From an uncultured Chloroflexia bacterium (GTDB lineage: Bacteria; Chloroflexota; Limnocylindria; Limnocylindrales; CSP1-4): 64,000 nucleotides of DNA. The stretch's first letter is position 1; the number at the start of each line of letters is the position of its first letter. Location of the stretch: the NCBI GenBank assembly GCA_963789905.1, contig CAWBMK010000007.1, positions 780 to 64,779 of the forward strand, given 5' to 3'. The translations under genes and the position numbers were made by a program. The notes below the pieces were generated by a model. It was not told where the DNA came from and did no database searches. It saw nothing but the letters and a program-made list of their open reading frames with translations. Positions 40,143 through 49,937 of this stretch are shown piece by piece.

Positions 40143-42932
40143 CTAGCCGGTCGTCAGGATCCCGGCCGCGACACCGTTGATCGTCAGCTGGACGAGGTGA
40201 CGATCGTCGGCCGTCGCAGGATCGTCCCGCGGCCGCGCCCGGAGGCGACGCATGAGACGGACCTGGAGAAGCGACAGCGGATCGACGTACGGGGCGCGAA
40301 GCTCGATCGAGCGTCGGATGTCCGGCTCATCGTCGAGGAGCCGGCTCCGCCCGGTGACCCGGAGCAGGGTCGAGATCGCGAGGGCGTGCTCCGACTCGAT
40401 GCGCGACCACAGAGCGACGGCCGACGGCTCGTCGGCGAGTCGGGCATATTCCCGGCCGATCCCGATATCCGATCGAGCCAGGGCGAGCTCGGCATTGTCG
40501 AGAACCGAGGCGAAGAATGGCCACGTCCGGTAGAGCCGCTGGAGAGATCGGAGGCCGGCCTTCCGGTGCTCCCTGAGATAGCCGTCCAGCGCCGCACCCA
40601 GGCCGAACCAGCCTGGCAGGCCGATGCGGGATTGGGACCAGGCGAAGACCCATGGGATCGCCCGCAATCCGTCCAATGAGGGCTGCGACTCCATCGCCGA
40701 GGCGCGCCGACGTGACGCGGGGCGGGACCCGATACGCAGCGATGCGATCTCCCTGATCGGAGTGATCGTGTCGAAGAAGGGGGCGAACGCCGGCTCCTCC
40801 CACACAAGGGCCCGATAGGCGTCTCTGGCCTCGCGAGCGAGCTCGTCCATGATCGGAGCGCCACGCGCGCGGGCCACGGCCGCCTCCGCGTCGTGCTCAG
40901 GGGTCGAGGCGCGCAACGTCGCGCCGGTCATCAACTCGAGCTCACGCAGGGCGATGTCCCGGTCGCCATACCTTGCCGCGATCACCTCGCCCTGCTCGGT
41001 GAGCTTGAGTCGTCCCGCGACCGCGCCCGGGGCCATGGCCACGATCGCGCGCTCCATCGGGCCTCCGCCACGGCCGATGGCGCCACCGCGACCGTGGAAG
41101 ATCGTCAGGCTGACCCCTGCCCGAGTCGCTGCGTCGACAAGCTGCTCCTGGGCCCGGTAGAGCAACCACGACGCGGCCAGGAAGCCCGACTCCAGGTTCG
41201 AATCCGAGTAGCCGAGCATCACCTCCTGGCCCGATCGCCCGGCCAGGTGAGCCGCGTAGACGGGATCGGCGAGGAGGGCGTCGAGGAAAGGCCCGGCCTG
41301 GCCCAGGGCCTCCGCCGACTCGAGGAGAGGGACGACGTCGAGCCTCGGTCGGGCCGGCGGGAATCCGGACGTCGCGTCGTCGGCGATGTCGTCCGCCCCG
41401 GCCAGCCGGGCCAGCTCGAGCACGGCCCGGATGTCGGCAGGACTCGCCGTGAAACTCACGATGTACCGACTGCAGGCCCCCTCTCCGAACCGGCGCTGGA
41501 GTTCGGCCATCGCCCGGAAGGTCGCCAGGACCTCACCCGCGGAGATGCCCGCTGCCGAGGCAAGTGGGGATTCGAGCGGCGCGCCATCTTCCACGACGCG
41601 GATCGCCTCTCGGTGGACCGCGGCGTGCTGGCGGACCTCGAGGGACGCGAGATGGAACCCGAACGTATCGAGCTGCCAGCGCAGGTCGGCCACCTCTCCT
41701 CCGGCCGCCCGGTCGAGGCCATCGCGGACCAGGGCGTCGGCCAGCTCCGTCAGCTCTGCCCGGAAGGATTCGGCGTCCTCATATGCACCGGTCCGCCGAT
41801 CGTCCCCCTCGACAAGCACGGCCCGCGTTCGTCGTACCCGCTCGGCCATCGCACCAAGGCGTTTACGGTAGGGCTCGTGCGGGAATCGCCGCTCGAGCGT
41901 GCGCATCGTCGACGGTAGATCGACCCGGTCCGCATCGAGCCGGACGGCCAGCACAGGGTCGACGCGATCGTCGGGGACCGTTGCGCTGATCGCCTGCATG
42001 AGCCGCTGGCAGACAGCTTCGTAGCCGCGCAGGACATGATCGACCTGGATGCGCATCGCGGCGACGGTGATCTCCGCAGTGACGGCTGGATGCCCATCAC
42101 GATCGGCGCCGACCCACGAGCCCAGGCGCAGGAACGCCGGAGGCCAGAGGGCCGGCTCAGGCTCCGGCCTCGGGACCGCATCGCCGACAGCCCGATAGAG
42201 GCGCGCCACGACCGAAAACAAGGTCTCGTCGAAGAAGACCATCGCCGTCCGGACCTCGTCGAGTGGCGTCGGGTCGACGGCGCGAAGGTCAGCCGTTCGC
42301 CACAGGATGGCGATCTCCTCGCGCAACCGTCGTCGCACCTCGCGATCCTGGTCGGTCGTGAGGCGGGGGTCGTCGAGCCGTTCGATGAGGCGTGCACATC
42401 GGCCGAGGGCGACGATGATCGTCCGGCGTCGGGCTTCGGTCGGATGGGCCGTGAGGACCGGTGTGATCGCCAGGTCGGCGACCAATCGATGGATGTCGTT
42501 GTCGCCCAGTCGGCGCCGGATGACTGCCGTTGTGTCGGCGATCGATCCGGGGACCGGCCCATCGCGCAGCCGACGCGAGCGGCGGGAGACCAGTCGCGTC
42601 TGGTGGCGTCGCTCGGCGAGGTTGATCAACCCGAAGTAGAGACCGAAGGCCCGGATCAAGATCGCCTGGTCGTCCGGGCTCAGGTGCTCGAGCTCGTCGG
42701 CCAGGGCCGATCGCCCGGAGGGATCGTCGAGGCGACGAAGGGCGATCGCGCGACGCCTGACCCTCTCGATCAGCTCGAGTTTGTCGGGGCCCTCCTGCTC
42801 GACGATGACCTGGCCGAGGAGGCTGCCGAGGAGCTTGACCTCGCGGGCGAGCGGATCGCGCGAGCGCCCGGTCCCGACCCCGCGCGGCTCGGCGCGCTGC
42901 GCGGCGTTCCGGCCACCGGCGTCCCGTTTCAT
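40143..42932 (-). CDS. ppc: Phosphoenolpyruvate carboxylase (bacterial type)
   Basis: VLTAHPT, GSWVGADRDG, QEVMLGYSDS, FHGRGG, LTEQGE, LRAIPWVFAWSQ. Confidence 0.93.
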   Translation of the reverse strand: MKRDAGGRNAAQRAEPRGVGTGRSRDPLAREVKLLGSLLGQVIVEQEGPDKLELIERVRRRAIALRRLDDPSGRSALADELEHLSPDDQAILIRAFGLYFGLINLAERRHQTRLVSRRSRRLRDGPVPGSIADTTAVIRRRLGDNDIHRLVADLAITPVLTAHPTEARRRTIIVALGRCARLIERLDDPRLTTDQDREVRRRLREEIAILWRTADLRAVDPTPLDEVRTAMVFFDETLFSVVARLYRAVGDAVPRPEPEPALWPPAFLRLGSWVGADRDGHPAVTAEITVAAMRIQVDHVLRGYEAVCQRLMQAISATVPDDRVDPVLAVRLDADRVDLPSTMRTLERRFPHEPYRKRLGAMAERVRRTRAVLVEGDDRRTGAYEDAESFRAELTELADALVRDGLDRAAGGEVADLRWQLDTFGFHLASLEVRQHAAVHREAIRVVEDGAPLESPLASAAGISAGEVLATFRAMAELQRRFGEGACSRYIVSFTASPADIRAVLELARLAGADDIADDATSGFPPARPRLDVVPLLESAEALGQAGPFLDALLADPVYAAHLAGRSGQEVMLGYSDSNLESGFLAASWLLYRAQEQLVDAATRAGVSLTIFHGRGGAIGRGGGPMERAIVAMAPGAVAGRLKLTEQGEVIAARYGDRDIALRELELMTGATLRASTPEHDAEAAVARARGAPIMDELAREARDAYRALVWEEPAFAPFFDTITPIREIASLRIGSRPASRRRASAMESQPSLDGLRAIPWVFAWSQSRIGLPGWFGLGAALDGYLREHRKAGLRSLQRLYRTWPFFASVLDNAELALARSDIGIGREYARLADEPSAVALWSRIESEHALAISTLLRVTGRSRLLDDEPDIRRSIELRAPYVDPLSLLQVRLMRRLRARPRDDPATADDRHLVQLTINGVAAGILTTG

Positions 42933-42982
42933 CGACAGGTGTCCGGTCCGCCGCCGTCGGCCCGGCCTGTATCGTTGGCGCC

Positions 42983-44269
42983 ATGACCGCGCTCGATCAG
43001 CCCATCGAGGGCCACGAGGACGAGGGCCGCCAACTCCGGCAGCTCCGCTTCCTCCACCACGTAATTCGATTGGCCGCCACCGCGACGACCTGGGACGAGC
43101 TCCTCGAGACCGTGGTCGATGGAACGCGCGACGCGCTTCATGCCGACGTCTCCTCGCTCTACCTCCTGGACCGCGACGCCGAGTATCTGACGCTGGCAGC
43201 GACCAACGGCCTCGATCGATTCCAGATCGGCCGGGCGCGCGTTCCGTTCGGGAGCGGCGTCACCGGTCGGGTCGCAGCGACCCGCCAGGCCCGGGTCATC
43301 CCGGACGTGCCGATCGATCCCGACTTCCTGTGGGTCCGCGGAATCGATCAGAGGCGATTCATCGCCTCGATGCTTTCGGTCCCCCTCGTCTGGCACGACG
43401 TCGTCGTCGGCGTCCTCAACGTCCAGACGGAGCGTCCACGAACGTTCACGACCGATGACGTCGATCAGCTTCGCGCGATCGCGGACCTGTTGGCCGGGAT
43501 CGTCGAGCGCAGCCGGCTGCAGCGCGAAGCCGAAGATCGCGTCGCTCAGCTGCGGGCGATCGACCAGGCTCGTATCGAGCTCATCGCCCTCGTGACGCAC
43601 GAGCTGCGGACGCCCCTCGCGGTCGTCCGTGCCTATACGGATCTCCTTGCCGAGGAGCCGGCGCTGGAGGGCCGCGATTCGCGCGATCCGAACCGCCGGG
43701 CGGAGCGATCGGAATGGCACGAAGGGGCTCTTGCCCAGATCGAGCGCCTCGACCGTCTCGTCGATTCGATCATCACCTCGGTCCGCCGGGCGGATGACAG
43801 CGTGGCCACCATCGGCCCGATCGATGCCGGCGCCGTGGTCGCGGACGTCGTCCGGACGCTGGCCCCGCTCCTGCGTCACCATGTCGTCGAGATCTCCGGC
43901 GGAGTCGACCGCCATGTCCTCGGTGACGAGGTCCGCCTCCGCCAGATCCTCGAGCATCTGCTCGAGAATGCGGTCAAGTACGCGCCGCCAGGTACGACGA
44001 TCCGGGTGGGCTCCGATCTGATCGAGGGCGTCGTCCATCTCTCGGTCACCGATGAGGGGCCCGGCGTTCCGGCCGATTGGCGCGACCGGATCTTCGAGCC
44101 GTACGCCCGCCAGGAGACGCAGACGGCGCGCGGATCGGGGATCGGCCTGTATGCGGCGCGTCGGATGAGCGAGGAGATGGGGGCGCACCTGTGGTGCGAA
44201 CCGGCCGATCCGACGTCCGGTCAGGGCGCTCGCTTCGTCCTCGCTCTGACTGCCGTGGCTGGGCTCTGA
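42983..44269 (+). CDS. GAF-domain sensor histidine kinase (cytoplasmic)
   Basis: N-terminal GAF, THELRTPL H-box, ENAVKY, DEGPG, GSGIGL; no TM segments seen. Confidence 0.92.
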   Translation: MTALDQPIEGHEDEGRQLRQLRFLHHVIRLAATATTWDELLETVVDGTRDALHADVSSLYLLDRDAEYLTLAATNGLDRFQIGRARVPFGSGVTGRVAATRQARVIPDVPIDPDFLWVRGIDQRRFIASMLSVPLVWHDVVVGVLNVQTERPRTFTTDDVDQLRAIADLLAGIVERSRLQREAEDRVAQLRAIDQARIELIALVTHELRTPLAVVRAYTDLLAEEPALEGRDSRDPNRRAERSEWHEGALAQIERLDRLVDSIITSVRRADDSVATIGPIDAGAVVADVVRTLAPLLRHHVVEISGGVDRHVLGDEVRLRQILEHLLENAVKYAPPGTTIRVGSDLIEGVVHLSVTDEGPGVPADWRDRIFEPYARQETQTARGSGIGLYAARRMSEEMGAHLWCEPADPTSGQGARFVLALTAVAGL

Positions 44270-44270
44270 C

Positions 44271-44975
44271 ATGCCACCCGTGACCTCTCGTCGCCAGCTC
44301 CAGATCCTCGTCGTCGATGACGATCCGGCTATGGTCGGCGCGATCACCGCACTCGTGGCGAGCGAGGGACATCAGGTGATCACCGCGTACGACGGGTTGA
44401 CCGCTGTGCGTCGCTTCCGTGAGGAGCATCCGGACATCGTCCTTCTCGACCTCGCCATGCCCGGGCCCGACGGGTTCACCGTGACGGGCCTGATCCGGGC
44501 CGAAGGCGACACGCCCATCATCGTCGTGTCGGGCGAGATCGGCGAGCCGGCCAAGGTCCGGGCGCTGTCGCTCGGTGCCGACGACTACCTGACCAAACCC
44601 TTCGGCAAGGCCGAGCTGATGGCCAGGATCGCAGCCGTGATGCGGCGCTCGACGATGGACGCCACGAGGCCGGGAACGACGGGCGTCATTGGCTTCGGAA
44701 GGCTCGCCATCGACCCAGCCAGGCACGAATCTCGGGTCGGCGACGCGAGCCTGTCCCTGACGCCGACCGAGTTCCGCCTGCTCGACGTTCTCGCCCGTGC
44801 CGGCGGCGATGTCGTGGCCCATGAACGGCTTCTGCGCGCGGGGTGGCCGGCCGAGAACGATCCCGACCCGCTGTGGCTCAAGCCCCATCTCACCCGCCTC
44901 CGGACGAAGTTGGCGGACGCAGACGGCCCCGTCATCGTGGCGATCCGCGGCGTCGGCTACCGCCTCGAGACCTAG
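44271..44975 (+). CDS. OmpR/KdpE-like response regulator
   Basis: LVVDDD, LLDLAMP, GADDYLTKPF, wHTH ending IRGVGYRL. Confidence 0.92.
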   Translation: MPPVTSRRQLQILVVDDDPAMVGAITALVASEGHQVITAYDGLTAVRRFREEHPDIVLLDLAMPGPDGFTVTGLIRAEGDTPIIVVSGEIGEPAKVRALSLGADDYLTKPFGKAELMARIAAVMRRSTMDATRPGTTGVIGFGRLAIDPARHESRVGDASLSLTPTEFRLLDVLARAGGDVVAHERLLRAGWPAENDPDPLWLKPHLTRLRTKLADADGPVIVAIRGVGYRLET

Positions 44976-45054
44976 GCGCGAGGCACGCAGAAACCAGGGA
45001 CTGGTGTGCGATCGGCCGGGCGGCCGGGCGGAGCGAAGACCGGCGAGCGACCGC

Positions 45055-45285
45055 CTAGGCGATCGAGGCGACGACGATGTGCCCGCCTGCGTCGTGGGCG
45101 GCCTCGGCGCACGGGACGATGCACCCGCGGGCATCACGGCCGTCGAACGGCGAGAAGTGATACCAGGTGCCAGCCTCACTCGCGGATGGTGTGAGGCGAC
45201 AACCACAGGTGGCGCAGGTCACGACGCCAGGTCGCGACATCACCCGAAACGCGTACGTGGGGCGACCGTCGCTTGGCTGGATCAT
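45055..45285 (-). CDS. Small Cys/His-rich hypothetical protein (start uncertain)
   Basis: CATCGC...WYHF...GCIVPCAEAAHD; directly downstream of gltB. Confidence 0.5.
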   Translation of the reverse strand: MIQPSDGRPTYAFRVMSRPGVVTCATCGCRLTPSASEAGTWYHFSPFDGRDARGCIVPCAEAAHDAGGHIVVASIA

Positions 45286-45300
45286 CGTCGTCCTCAGCAG

Positions 45301-48300
45301 TCATGGTCCGGGCGGCGGGGCGACCGCAGCCAGGATGCCGTCTGGCTGTTGCCCACCGTACCGATCGCCCGCCCCGATGTCGGTGACGGCGATGGGCCGG
45401 CTGGGTTGCGGTTCGGTTGCGGTCGTCGCCGGGATCGCGATCGGTTCGACGACCCAGACCTCGTCAAGCGGTATGCCGGCAGCCATGATCCGTTCCGCCT
45501 GGATCGACCCAGCCGCGGCATGATCCGCCAGGAGCCGCCCGAGCTCATCGATCAGATCAGCGCCGCGTGGCCGGTCGCGAGCGACGACGGACAGCCGCGT
45601 CGCAACCACCCAACCCGTCGCGAGGCCCGGACCCCGACGGCCCCAGCGATCGATGATGTATGCCCGCCCGCCGGTCATGCCCGCCCCGAAGTTGGCCCCG
45701 ACGGGCCCGAGGACGACAACGACGCCACCGGTCATGTACTCACAGCCATGGGGCCCGACACCCTCGACGACTGCTGTCGCCCCACTGTTGCGAACGGCGA
45801 AGCGCATGCCCGCTCGACCGACGATGTGGAGCCGACCGGCTGTCGCACCGTATAGGCAGGTATTCCCGACGATCGCCTGGCTCTCCGGCTCGGCGGCCAG
45901 TTCGCTTTCGGGGTTGACGATCACGGTTCCGCCGGACAAACCCTTGGCCACATAGTCGTTGGCGACCCCCGAAAGGCGGAGCTCGATTCCGGCCGTCACG
46001 AATGCCCCGAAGCTCTGGCCCGCGGCCCCGTGGAGCGCGATCTGCACAGGCCGTCCGATCTCGCCGCGCTCGACCGCCCCGCTGAGTCCTGCCCCGAACG
46101 ATCGGTCGGCCGTCGAGAGCGCGATCGGGGCGTCGCCGACAGTGCCGCCCTTGCGAAGCGAGTCGAGGATGGCCTCCTCGACCGCCGAGGCGGGGGACCG
46201 CGAGACGACCCGTGAGGCCCGTGTCGGGTCGGAGCGACGTGCTGCCCCGACCGACCATTCGGGTGCGTCGAGGACCGCTCGAAGGTCGAAGGTTCGCGAC
46301 GTCCTCGTCTGCTTCAATCCCACAGCGGCCCGGCCGACGATCTCGCCGATCGAGCGAGCCCCGATCCCGGCCAGCTCGCGACGAACATCCTCGGCGATGA
46401 GGGTCACGAACCGCTCTACCTGCTCCGGGCTGCCGGCGAACTTGGCCCGCAGATCGTCGCGCTGGGTGGCGATACCGGTCGGGCAGGTGTCGAGATGGCA
46501 CTGCCGAGCCATATCGCAGCCGAGGGCGACAAGGAGTGCCGTTCCGAAACCGAACTCCTCCGCGCCGAGCATCGCCGCGACGACTACATCACGACCTGTC
46601 TGGAGGCCACCGTCCGTTCGCAACGCGACCTGGTCTCTGAGCCCGTTCCGCAGGAGGACCTGGTGAACCTCGGCAAGCCCAAGCTCCCACGGCGAGCCGA
46701 CGTGCTTGATCGAGGACAGCGGACTCGCTCCGGTCCCACCCGCGTGGCCGGCAACGTGGATGTAGTCGGCTCCGGCCTTGGCGACACCCGCGGCGATCGT
46801 CCCGATGCCCCGGGTAGCGACGAGCTTCACCCCGATCCGCGCAACGGGGTTGATCGCCCGCAGGTCGGTGATGAGCTGGGCCAGATCCTCGATCGAGTAG
46901 ATGTCGTGATGGGGCGGGGGGCTGATGTAGTCCTGACCGGGGAGGCCCCGTCGCAAGGAGGCGATGTAGGCGCTCGCCTTTCGTCCAGGCAGATGACCGC
47001 CCTCTCCGGGTTTTGAGCCCTGGGCGATCTTGATCTCGAGCTGGTCGGCGCGGGTCAGGTAGTGAGCCGTCACCCCGAACCGCGCCGAGGCGACCTGCTT
47101 GATGCGGGCATCGTGCCGCCGTCCGTCCGAACCGCTCGTGTACCAGGCGGGATCCTCCCCGCCCTCGCCCGTGTTCGCCGCCCCGCCCGCCCGCTGGATG
47201 CCGATGGTCACGGCCTGGTGCGCCTCCGGCGACAGGGCTCCGACGCTCATCGCGGAGGCGACGAAACGGCGAATGATCGAGGTGGCGGGCTCGACTTCGC
47301 TGAGATCGACGGCGGGCCCGACCGACCGCAGCGCGATGCCGTCGCGGGCCACGGCCGGCTCGCGGACGACGCCCGCCCGGTAGACGGCAAGCGCGGCGGC
47401 CGTGTCGTCGGCGTTCGCGACGAGGTCCTGGATCCGTCCGACCATCGCCGGGGCGTAGAGATGGAGCTCCCCGTCGCCTCGGAACCGGGCCAGACCAGGG
47501 TCCCGGAGTCGGTTCGGCGGTGTCGCCGGTTCGATGACGAGCGCTCCTTGGCGCCTCTCCATGATCCGCCGTGCCAGGGCGTCCCAGCCGATCGAACCGG
47601 GCCATGTCGGCGCCGCCGGGAAGCACCGCTCGGTGACGTCCATGTCGAGCTCGAGGGCCTCGAACAGGGCGCCCCCGACATACGAAGCAGCCGTGCTGAT
47701 ACCCATCCGGGCCAGGGTCTTGCGCAGACCGCCCTCGAATGCGTCGAGCAGATTGGCGATCGCCTGTTCCGCTGTCAGACCCTCGGCTCCGCGTCCGCCT
47801 GCGAGCTCAGTGGCGAGTTCGACGGCGAGACGGGGAGCGACGACCGTGGCTCCAGCAGCGAGAGCCATGGCCGCGGCATGGACGTCGAGGATGTCGGAGG
47901 CATCGGCCGCCACATCCGTGCGGCCGCGCATCCCGGCGTCGGTAAGGGCGGTGTGGACGCGCCCGACGGCAAGCACCGATGGGATCGGCATCCGATCCAG
48001 GTTCGCCCGCCGGTCGGACACCATCAACAGCTGAACGCCTCGACGCGCTGCGGCGAGTGCCGCCGTGGCGAGGCGCTCGACGGCCTTCGGGAGCCCCGCC
48101 GGGCCGTCCGTCGGATCCCAGGTCGCATCGAGCCAGCGAACCCGGCCCGGGAACCCAGCCGCCAGCACCTCGCCGTCGGCGACGAATGGCCGGCGCAGAT
48201 GCATCGTCGATGGTCGGGCCCTGGGCATCCCGCCGAGCAGGGGCTGGCGGCGCCCGAGGACGATCGACAGGTCAAGGACGGCTCGCTCTCGCTCCGGATC

Positions 48301-49866
48301 GATCGGCGGGTTGGTCACCTGGGCGAAGGACTGTCGCAGGTGATCGGTCACCTGCCGTGCGATCCGGGCATGGCCCGGCGTCGGCGTGTCGTCGCCCATG
48401 CTCCAGAGCGGTTCCCGTGCGTCGATCGCCATCGATCTCAGGTGGAGCCTGTACCGCTCAGCGTCGAGGCCGAGGAGGTATCGGATACCGGCTGGCGTGT
48501 CGCTGGCCGGGGAATCGTCGATCAGCGGCTCGTCCGCAGGCCCCTTCCAGGCGCCGTCGGGCACCCACGCTCGGCGGAGCGCCTCGACCTTCGCTTCGGC
48601 ATCCTCGAGCACGAGATGGCGTCGAGGCTCGACCAGCAGCATCTCGCCCGGCCCGAGTCGACCCCGAATGATCGTCTGATCGGCCGGCAGCGGGATCGCC
48701 CCGGCCTCCGAAGTCAGGGCCACGAGCCCGTCCTTGGTCCGGGCGTAGGCGGCCGGCCGGAGGCCGTTGCGGTCGAGAAGGGCGCCCACCGCGGTCCCGT
48801 CGCCCCACACCAACGCAGCCGGCCCATCCCACGGAGCGAGGAACCCTGCCGATCGGCGAGCGAGGGCGGCGACGAGCGGATGGCCGTCCAGGCGCAGGGC
48901 GAGAGCCTCGGGAAGCAGGGCCACCAGGGCGCCCGGCAGCGACCAGCCGGTCAGCGTCAGGAGCTCGAGTGTCTCGTCGAGGGACAACGAATCCGACCCA
49001 TCCGGCGAGACGAGAGAGCCGGCAGCGGCCAGCCGTCGGGCGGCGGTCGACGGCAGGGGATCGAGCCTTCGCCCGCGCAGTTGCTCACGATTGCCGCGGA
49101 CCGTGTTGATCTCGCCGTTGTGGGCGATGAGGCGGAACGGCTGGGCGAGCCGCCAGCTTGGATGCGTGTTCGTCGCGTATCGCTGATGGAAGATCGCGTA
49201 GCTGACGGGAGGGCCGTCGTCGAGGTCCGGATACAGCGAGCCCAGCAGCCCACCCGCGACGAGGCCCTTGTAGACGATCGTCCGACACGACGCCGATGCG
49301 ATCGAGAAGGAGGTCAGACCGGCTTCGCGGGCGGCTTCCTCCATGCGCCGCCGGGCGGAGACGAGGCGGACCTCGAAGGCCTCGTCCGACATCCGCGCCG
49401 GCCGCGGCACGATCGCCTGGCGAAAGGATGGTCGCGATGCCCGCGCCTCGGGGCCGAGGACCGCGGGCCGGACCGGTACCGATCGCCACCGTTCGAGCGG
49501 GATGCCCTCACAGGCGAGGGCTGTCTCGACGATCAGCCGACCGGCAACAGCATTGGTGCCTCCTCGAGGAAGGAACGCGAACACCACACCGGGCCGCCCG
49601 GCTCCGGGTCCCGCCACACGGGCAATAACGGCCGGTTCCAGGGGAAGAGAGACGCCCGCGCCGTCCGACAATTCACCATCCGCGGCGACGGCCCCGCGAT
49701 GGCCGAGGGCCGCGAGGCCGGCCAGGGCAAGGGCGAGGACATCGCCGGTTCGCTTCCCGCCGGCATCCGCCACGAAACCCACGCCGCACGCGTCGTGCTC
49801 GAACCGCTGGTCGTAGAGCGGCGTCCGGGGTGGCTTTCGGGGCGGGGTCCGGGGCGGAGAAGCCAA
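45301..49866 (-). CDS. gltB: Glutamate synthase large subunit (TTG start inferred)
   Basis: HDACGVG, HNGEINT, FAQVTNPPID, IKIAQGSKPGEGG, CDMARQCHLDTC, GXGXG C-terminal domain. Confidence 0.93.
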   Translation of the reverse strand: MASPPRTPPRKPPRTPLYDQRFEHDACGVGFVADAGGKRTGDVLALALAGLAALGHRGAVAADGELSDGAGVSLPLEPAVIARVAGPGAGRPGVVFAFLPRGGTNAVAGRLIVETALACEGIPLERWRSVPVRPAVLGPEARASRPSFRQAIVPRPARMSDEAFEVRLVSARRRMEEAAREAGLTSFSIASASCRTIVYKGLVAGGLLGSLYPDLDDGPPVSYAIFHQRYATNTHPSWRLAQPFRLIAHNGEINTVRGNREQLRGRRLDPLPSTAARRLAAAGSLVSPDGSDSLSLDETLELLTLTGWSLPGALVALLPEALALRLDGHPLVAALARRSAGFLAPWDGPAALVWGDGTAVGALLDRNGLRPAAYARTKDGLVALTSEAGAIPLPADQTIIRGRLGPGEMLLVEPRRHLVLEDAEAKVEALRRAWVPDGAWKGPADEPLIDDSPASDTPAGIRYLLGLDAERYRLHLRSMAIDAREPLWSMGDDTPTPGHARIARQVTDHLRQSFAQVTNPPIDPERERAVLDLSIVLGRRQPLLGGMPRARPSTMHLRRPFVADGEVLAAGFPGRVRWLDATWDPTDGPAGLPKAVERLATAALAAARRGVQLLMVSDRRANLDRMPIPSVLAVGRVHTALTDAGMRGRTDVAADASDILDVHAAAMALAAGATVVAPRLAVELATELAGGRGAEGLTAEQAIANLLDAFEGGLRKTLARMGISTAASYVGGALFEALELDMDVTERCFPAAPTWPGSIGWDALARRIMERRQGALVIEPATPPNRLRDPGLARFRGDGELHLYAPAMVGRIQDLVANADDTAAALAVYRAGVVREPAVARDGIALRSVGPAVDLSEVEPATSIIRRFVASAMSVGALSPEAHQAVTIGIQRAGGAANTGEGGEDPAWYTSGSDGRRHDARIKQVASARFGVTAHYLTRADQLEIKIAQGSKPGEGGHLPGRKASAYIASLRRGLPGQDYISPPPHHDIYSIEDLAQLITDLRAINPVARIGVKLVATRGIGTIAAGVAKAGADYIHVAGHAGGTGASPLSSIKHVGSPWELGLAEVHQVLLRNGLRDQVALRTDGGLQTGRDVVVAAMLGAEEFGFGTALLVALGCDMARQCHLDTCPTGIATQRDDLRAKFAGSPEQVERFVTLIAEDVRRELAGIGARSIGEIVGRAAVGLKQTRTSRTFDLRAVLDAPEWSVGAARRSDPTRASRVVSRSPASAVEEAILDSLRKGGTVGDAPIALSTADRSFGAGLSGAVERGEIGRPVQIALHGAAGQSFGAFVTAGIELRLSGVANDYVAKGLSGGTVIVNPESELAAEPESQAIVGNTCLYGATAGRLHIVGRAGMRFAVRNSGATAVVEGVGPHGCEYMTGGVVVVLGPVGANFGAGMTGGRAYIIDRWGRRGPGLATGWVVATRLSVVARDRPRGADLIDELGRLLADHAAAGSIQAERIMAAGIPLDEVWVVEPIAIPATTATEPQPSRPIAVTDIGAGDRYGGQQPDGILAAVAPPPGP

Positions 49867-49937
49867 ATTGGATCCCTTCGCGCTTAGGGGCGATGGCCCG
49901 ACTCGGATAGCCGTGGCGGGCCGACGACGCGGGTGTC

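Noticed and set aside
47062-49887. Long antisense ORFs (also 25578-27929, 14063-15850, 33534-35537)
   Set aside because: Expected shadow ORFs opposite real genes in ~70% GC DNA; no recognisable motifs
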